A stretch of DNA of 64,000 nt, taken from Methylococcaceae bacterium UBA2780 (GTDB lineage: Bacteria; Pseudomonadota; Gammaproteobacteria; Methylococcales; UBA2780). The notes under the pieces were generated by a model, which was given only the letters and a program-made list of their open reading frames with translations, was not told where the DNA came from and did no database searches. Made by a program: the position numbers and the translations under genes. Within the stretch, counting starts at the first letter, position 1. Every line of letters begins with the position of its first letter. Positions 60,328 through 64,000 of the stretch are shown here, piece by piece. The stretch is from positions 13,028-77,027 of the forward strand of contig DEIG01000001.1 of the NCBI GenBank assembly GCA_002352345.1, in the 5' to 3' direction.

Positions 60328-60492
60328 CCGACCTATTCTATCGAATGATTCGCCCGCAAGTGACTAAAAAACTGACCTAATAACAATTCAGCTCAAAACA
60401 AAACCCGTTTCAAGTTATGCTATGAGCTATTCTTTAAATAAGCGCTGGTTTTTCTAAATTGACCTAACCCGATAAAACCCAATTCGATTCCC

Positions 60493-62187
60493 GTGATATC
60501 AAGCTATCTCGTCGACATAATTATTTTGCTTATGGCAGCCGTCATTGCGGTTCCATTTGCCCAGTCGATTAGGCTAGGAGCCGTACCAGGCTTCCTGTTA
60601 GCCGGCATGGCCGTTGGCCCATCCGGCCTTAGCCTGATAAACAACATCACCGAAATCGGCAATCTTGCGGAAATTGGCGTTATTCTCCTCCTATTTGTTA
60701 TCGGCATTGAGCTCCAGCCAAAGCGCCTATGGCAAATGAAGCGGCTTGTTTTCGGAATGGGCTCGCTTCAGGTTCTGCTTACTAGCTTATTACTAGGCGC
60801 TGCCGGTTATTTTTTCTTTGCTCTGCCGCTTAAAGCTGCTGTTTTAGCTGGCCCAGCATTGGCACTCTCATCAACCGCATTTGTGCTGCAGTTGCTAACG
60901 GAAAAAAAGGCGCTTATCTCAACCTACGGGCGCGGCTCGATCTCTGTTTTATTGCTCCAAGACCTCGCAGTTGTCCCTTTGCTTGCACTGATCCCGCTTC
61001 TTTCAATGCCCGAACTTGGAATTGGTGAGGATATTGGCCTAGCGCTCCTAAAATCGCTCACCATACTCGGAATCGTTGTCGTAGTTGGCCGGTTTTTTCT
61101 ACACCCACTCCTGCACCGTATTGCACTGTCGGGCAACCCCGAGATTTTTACAGCTTCAGCTGTTCTCATTGTTCTTGGTACCGCTTACATCACAGAACTT
61201 TCAGGTCTTTCAATGGCGATGGGTGCTTTTCTCGCGGGACTTCTTATCTCTGACTCTTCTTACAGGCATCAAGTTATGTCAGAAGTCCAACCCTTTCGAG
61301 GGCTTTTGCTGGGACTTTTCTTTATGTCGATGGGAATGTCCCTCAATCTTGGACTATTGCTAAAAGAACCCATTTTATCAATCAGTGTGGTTAGCGCCCT
61401 AATGGCGACAAAAGCCGCTGTGCTGTTTGCAATCGCTCAGTGGTTCGGACTCAAAAGAGAAAATAGCTTGGCTGTGTCGCTACTCCTTGCCCAAAGTGGG
61501 GAATTCGCACTGGTACTGTTCTCTTTAGCTCACCAAACCGACCTATTGCCCGACGTGCTTTTTCAGCAACTCTTACTTATTGTCTTATTGAGCATGCTGG
61601 CAACCCCAATATTCGCGCATTTTGCGTTTCGGCTAGCCAAAAGCCAGAAAAAACAGGCAAAAACAGCCGATAGCCCTCCTGGAGCTCCTCTTGTTATCGC
61701 AGGATTTGGCCGCGTTGGCCGCCGAATAGGGGATATTCTGTCTCTAAGTGGAAAGCCATTTGTAGCCCTAGACTGTGACGCAATGATTGTTGAAAGCGCA
61801 CGCGCAAAAGGCTATCCCGTATTCTATGGGGATGTGAGAAGTACAGAGTTATTAAAGGCCGCGGGAGCCAGTCATGCGATGGCAATTATTGTTACTCTGA
61901 ACGACCCAAGTGCCACTAAAGAGGTGGTTTTGTCATTGCGAAAAACTCTCCCTGACACAAAAATATTTGTCCGTGGTCGCAGTATGAGCGAGTGCTGTGA
62001 AATCAAAGAGGTCGGTGCCTCTGGTGTTGTTTCAGAGAACATTGAAGCCAGCCTAGAGCTTGCCCGCATGGCACTAGAAAGCGTAGGGGTTGATGAAAAG
62101 TCGATGAAAATCGTTCTTAACAATTTTCGGCAGAAATATCTTGCCCAATTAAGCAGCACCAATAAGCTGGATACCGAAGATAACTAG
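60493..62187 (+). CDS. CPA2 monovalent cation:proton antiporter with a C-terminal RCK/TrkA-N domain (KefB/KefC-like)
   Basis: 564 aa with an Na+/H+-exchanger-type TM domain, then IAGFGRVGRRIG (Rossmann GxGxxG). GTG start. Confidence 0.88.
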   Translation: MISSYLVDIIILLMAAVIAVPFAQSIRLGAVPGFLLAGMAVGPSGLSLINNITEIGNLAEIGVILLLFVIGIELQPKRLWQMKRLVFGMGSLQVLLTSLLLGAAGYFFFALPLKAAVLAGPALALSSTAFVLQLLTEKKALISTYGRGSISVLLLQDLAVVPLLALIPLLSMPELGIGEDIGLALLKSLTILGIVVVVGRFFLHPLLHRIALSGNPEIFTASAVLIVLGTAYITELSGLSMAMGAFLAGLLISDSSYRHQVMSEVQPFRGLLLGLFFMSMGMSLNLGLLLKEPILSISVVSALMATKAAVLFAIAQWFGLKRENSLAVSLLLAQSGEFALVLFSLAHQTDLLPDVLFQQLLLIVLLSMLATPIFAHFAFRLAKSQKKQAKTADSPPGAPLVIAGFGRVGRRIGDILSLSGKPFVALDCDAMIVESARAKGYPVFYGDVRSTELLKAAGASHAMAIIVTLNDPSATKEVVLSLRKTLPDTKIFVRGRSMSECCEIKEVGASGVVSENIEASLELARMALESVGVDEKSMKIVLNNFRQKYLAQLSSTNKLDTEDN

Positions 62188-62316
62188 TTACGGTTTGCGC
62201 AGCCTGCTAAAGGGTGGGAAACTCTCACGTTGAAAGCGCATTTAACCCCAAAGGGCATAAGTTTCATCGAGGCGGAAAGTAAAACGTTCCCGCTTAATTC
62301 AGCTTTAATAACTAAA

Positions 62317-62994
62317 ATGATCACAGACCCAGAAGCTCAAACAAAAATACGCCACAAACTGCCTTTTCTGAACGAAGATGATCGCTTTTGTGCTGAGTTT
62401 ATGAAGGTGGCTACATTAGCTGAACTCCCTAACAAGCACCGCTTTATGGAAGAGGGAATGAGCTGCTCAGGCCTTGCCCTGATCACCGAAGGAAAAGTGC
62501 GCGTATACAAACTAGGAGAAAGCGGCAGAGAAATCACTCTTTATCGGCTCAATGCTGGAGAAAGCTGCGTTCTAACCGCTTCCTGCATTATGAGCGACAT
62601 CCCTTTTCCCGCTATCGCCACGACTGAAGCAGCAGTCACAGCACTGCTGGTACCAACTGGGATTGTTCAGAAATGGGTAGACCAGCACAAAGTCTGGAGG
62701 CAGTTTATCTTTAACCTCGTTTCTCAACGACTCACAGATGTTATTACTGTAATTGAAGAGATCGCTTTTCGTCGCATGGATGCCCGCCTTGCCTCTTACC
62801 TACTTGAGCAGCCGCTCGATAGTAATCACAAATTCAGCATCACACACCAAGCGATTGCAACCGAGCTCGGAACCGCACGCGAGGTTGTGAGCCGCCTCCT
62901 TAAAGATTTTGAGTCCTCCGGCATAATTACTTTGACTCGAGGAACCATCGCACTCAATGATCAGAAACAGCTTAAAGCAAAAACAGAAAGTTAA
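62317..62994 (+). CDS. Crp/Fnr family transcriptional regulator
   Basis: cNMP-binding-like beta-roll (ITEGKVRVYKLGESGREITLYRL) and a C-terminal HTH (ITHQAIATELGTAREVVSRLLKDFE). The maximal ORF starts with TTG at 62230 and the start is uncertain. Confidence 0.8.
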   Translation: MITDPEAQTKIRHKLPFLNEDDRFCAEFMKVATLAELPNKHRFMEEGMSCSGLALITEGKVRVYKLGESGREITLYRLNAGESCVLTASCIMSDIPFPAIATTEAAVTALLVPTGIVQKWVDQHKVWRQFIFNLVSQRLTDVITVIEEIAFRRMDARLASYLLEQPLDSNHKFSITHQAIATELGTAREVVSRLLKDFESSGIITLTRGTIALNDQKQLKAKTES

Positions 62995-63180
62995 ACGGCT
63001 CTTTACTACGCTGGTAATTTGAACAAAATCTAGGCTAATATCCCTAAATAGTCTAAAACATCGTTGAAATACAGATAAAAATTCCTGATTATGTGACTAT
63101 GTTACAGACAACGGTGGCGACTATTTTTAGACTAATGTTTCCAAAGAGAAACTATTCATAAAATTGTTGAGGAGATTGAA

Positions 63181-63381
63181 ATGAAAGCAAATGTAGGTGG
63201 TACTGATAAGATTTTACGTATTGTTGTCGGCTTAGCGATTTGTGGCTGGGGCGTTGCAACACAAAATGTTTTGGGCGCGATTGGCCTAGTCCCTTTGCTA
63301 ACTGGCTTTATTAACTTTTGTCCACTGTACACGCTACTCGGCGTTAACACTGGTGCCCAAAGCGAAGAAGCAGGCGAATAA
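63181..63381 (+). CDS. DUF2892 (YgaP C-terminal-like) small membrane protein
   Basis: GGTDKILRIVVGLAICGWG...LVPLLTGFINFCPLYTLLGVNT is typical of DUF2892. Confidence 0.8.
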   Translation: MKANVGGTDKILRIVVGLAICGWGVATQNVLGAIGLVPLLTGFINFCPLYTLLGVNTGAQSEEAGE

Positions 63382-63388
63382 ATTAGAT

Positions 63389-63423
63389 AAGCCCTCCTGC
63401 TCTCGCGGGTGGGCTTTTTTTAT
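63389..63423 (+). terminator. Rho-independent terminator after the DUF2892 gene
   Basis: AGCCCTCC...GGGTGGGCT imperfect stem followed by TTTTTTT. It abuts the HIT gene start. Confidence 0.6.
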
Positions 63424-63853
63424 GTTTAAACTTCACTCACAACTTGAAGCCGATTCAATCACAATCGGTGATTTCCCACTCTCACGACTGCTGTTGATCA
63501 ACGACTCAAACTACCCATGGTTTGTTCTTGTTCCACGCCAACCTGATATTAGTGAGAGTTATCAACTCTCCGAACAAGACCAGATTCAGCTGGCGCGAGA
63601 ATCAGCTTTCTTATCAAAAAAAATTTCAGAACTATTCTCTGCTGACAAGATTAACGTAGCGGCACTTGGAAACATGGTTCCACAGCTCCATATCCACCAC
63701 ATTGTGCGCTTTAAAAGTGATCTTTCATGGCCGCATCCTATTTGGGGGAGAATCCCGGCTAAACCCTATGAGCGTAATGGATTAAATGAGATTGTCGCGT
63801 TGCTTGTTGAAGAGATCGGCCTCGATAAGGGTTTTAAATTCAACCCCCATTAA
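63422..63853 (+). CDS. HIT family protein
   Basis: PWFVLVPR...NVAALGNMVPQLHIHHIVR is a histidine triad. I prefer the ATG at 63422; the track start at 63353 lies within the upstream gene and terminator. Confidence 0.85.
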   Translation: MFKLHSQLEADSITIGDFPLSRLLLINDSNYPWFVLVPRQPDISESYQLSEQDQIQLARESAFLSKKISELFSADKINVAALGNMVPQLHIHHIVRFKSDLSWPHPIWGRIPAKPYERNGLNEIVALLVEEIGLDKGFKFNPH

Positions 63854-64000
63854 TCATCCCGCCTAAACTCACCTTCGATAGTATCTGAGCCACCTCTTCC
63901 ATCAGGGCCTCTCGGTCCGCCACCTGAATTTGGGCCTTTCAGCAGCCCTTTCTCTAAAATAGAAAGCGCAATACGTCGACGGAGCATTGGCACCAAGCAG
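63850..64000 (-). CDS. 3' end of an unidentified CDS running in from the window edge
   Basis: My own translation of the minus strand reads ...LVPMLRRRIALSILEKGLLKGPNSGGGPRGPDGRGGSDTIEGEFRRDD*. It is open to the edge. The Gly/Arg-rich tail is unassigned. Confidence 0.35.
   Translation of the reverse strand, partial: CLVPMLRRRIALSILEKGLLKGPNSGGGPRGPDGRGGSDTIEGEFRRDD

Noticed and set aside
60328-60492. Possible LexA (SOS) box upstream of uvrD
   Set aside because: The only CTG...CAG pair (CTGACCTAATAACAATTCAG) has 14-nt spacing instead of the 10 nt in the gammaproteobacterial CTGT-N8-ACAG consensus.
63092-63107. CRP/FNR-like site TGTGACTATGTTACAG between the Crp/Fnr regulator gene and the DUF2892 gene
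   Set aside because: Only one half-site (TGTGA) matches. The second half matches TCACA poorly at N6 spacing and 4/5 only at a non-canonical N5 spacing.

Overview
This is a gene-dense chromosomal window from a gammaproteobacterium. I call about 65 CDS and see no rRNA, tRNA, IS element, prophage or CRISPR array. The gene order dsbA, cytochromes c, engB, polA, DUF2782, thrB and pssA, ilvC, ilvH, ilvI resembles what I remember of Pseudomonas-type chromosomes. The split gcvPA/gcvPB and the oadGAB Na+ pump suggest a marine Thiotrichales-like organism, but that taxonomic guess is weak.

Recognisable content, in order:
- rlmL (partial)
- Na+-translocating oxaloacetate decarboxylase oadGAB
- rimI, UDG, pssA
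- ilvIHC
- a glycine-cleavage operon gcvT-gcvH-gcvPA-tpx-gcvPB-dgkA-ychJ behind a tandem glycine riboswitch
- three c-di-GMP genes: EAL-HDOD, a coiled-coil GGDEF, and a PilZ-like protein
- a GldA/F/G-like ABC-2 system followed by mutM
- system II cytochrome c biogenesis (ccsBA), dsbA and three c-type cytochromes
- engB, polA, thrB
- a split TRAP transporter, mscS, uvrD, a CPA2 antiporter, and a Crp/Fnr regulator

The most interesting unexplained items are:
1. A tightly coupled four-gene operon of two paralogous DUF1538 membrane proteins, a PII-like protein and a CBS-pair protein (32027-34295). I read it as a candidate regulated transporter of unknown substrate.
2. Immediately convergent to it, an ODP-like di-iron MBL-fold protein paired with a 204-aa protein that is little more than an MCP signalling hairpin (34301-35678), with no che genes nearby.
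3. A candidate ~130-nt sRNA downstream of polA in the Spot 42/ErsA syntenic slot. It has a GGAACTT sigmaE-type -35 box, CU-rich anti-Shine-Dalgarno loops and a strong intrinsic terminator (47045-47210).
4. A thiol peroxidase gene wedged between the two glycine dehydrogenase subunit genes.

All calls rest on reading the translations and the DNA by eye. No searches or computations were run.
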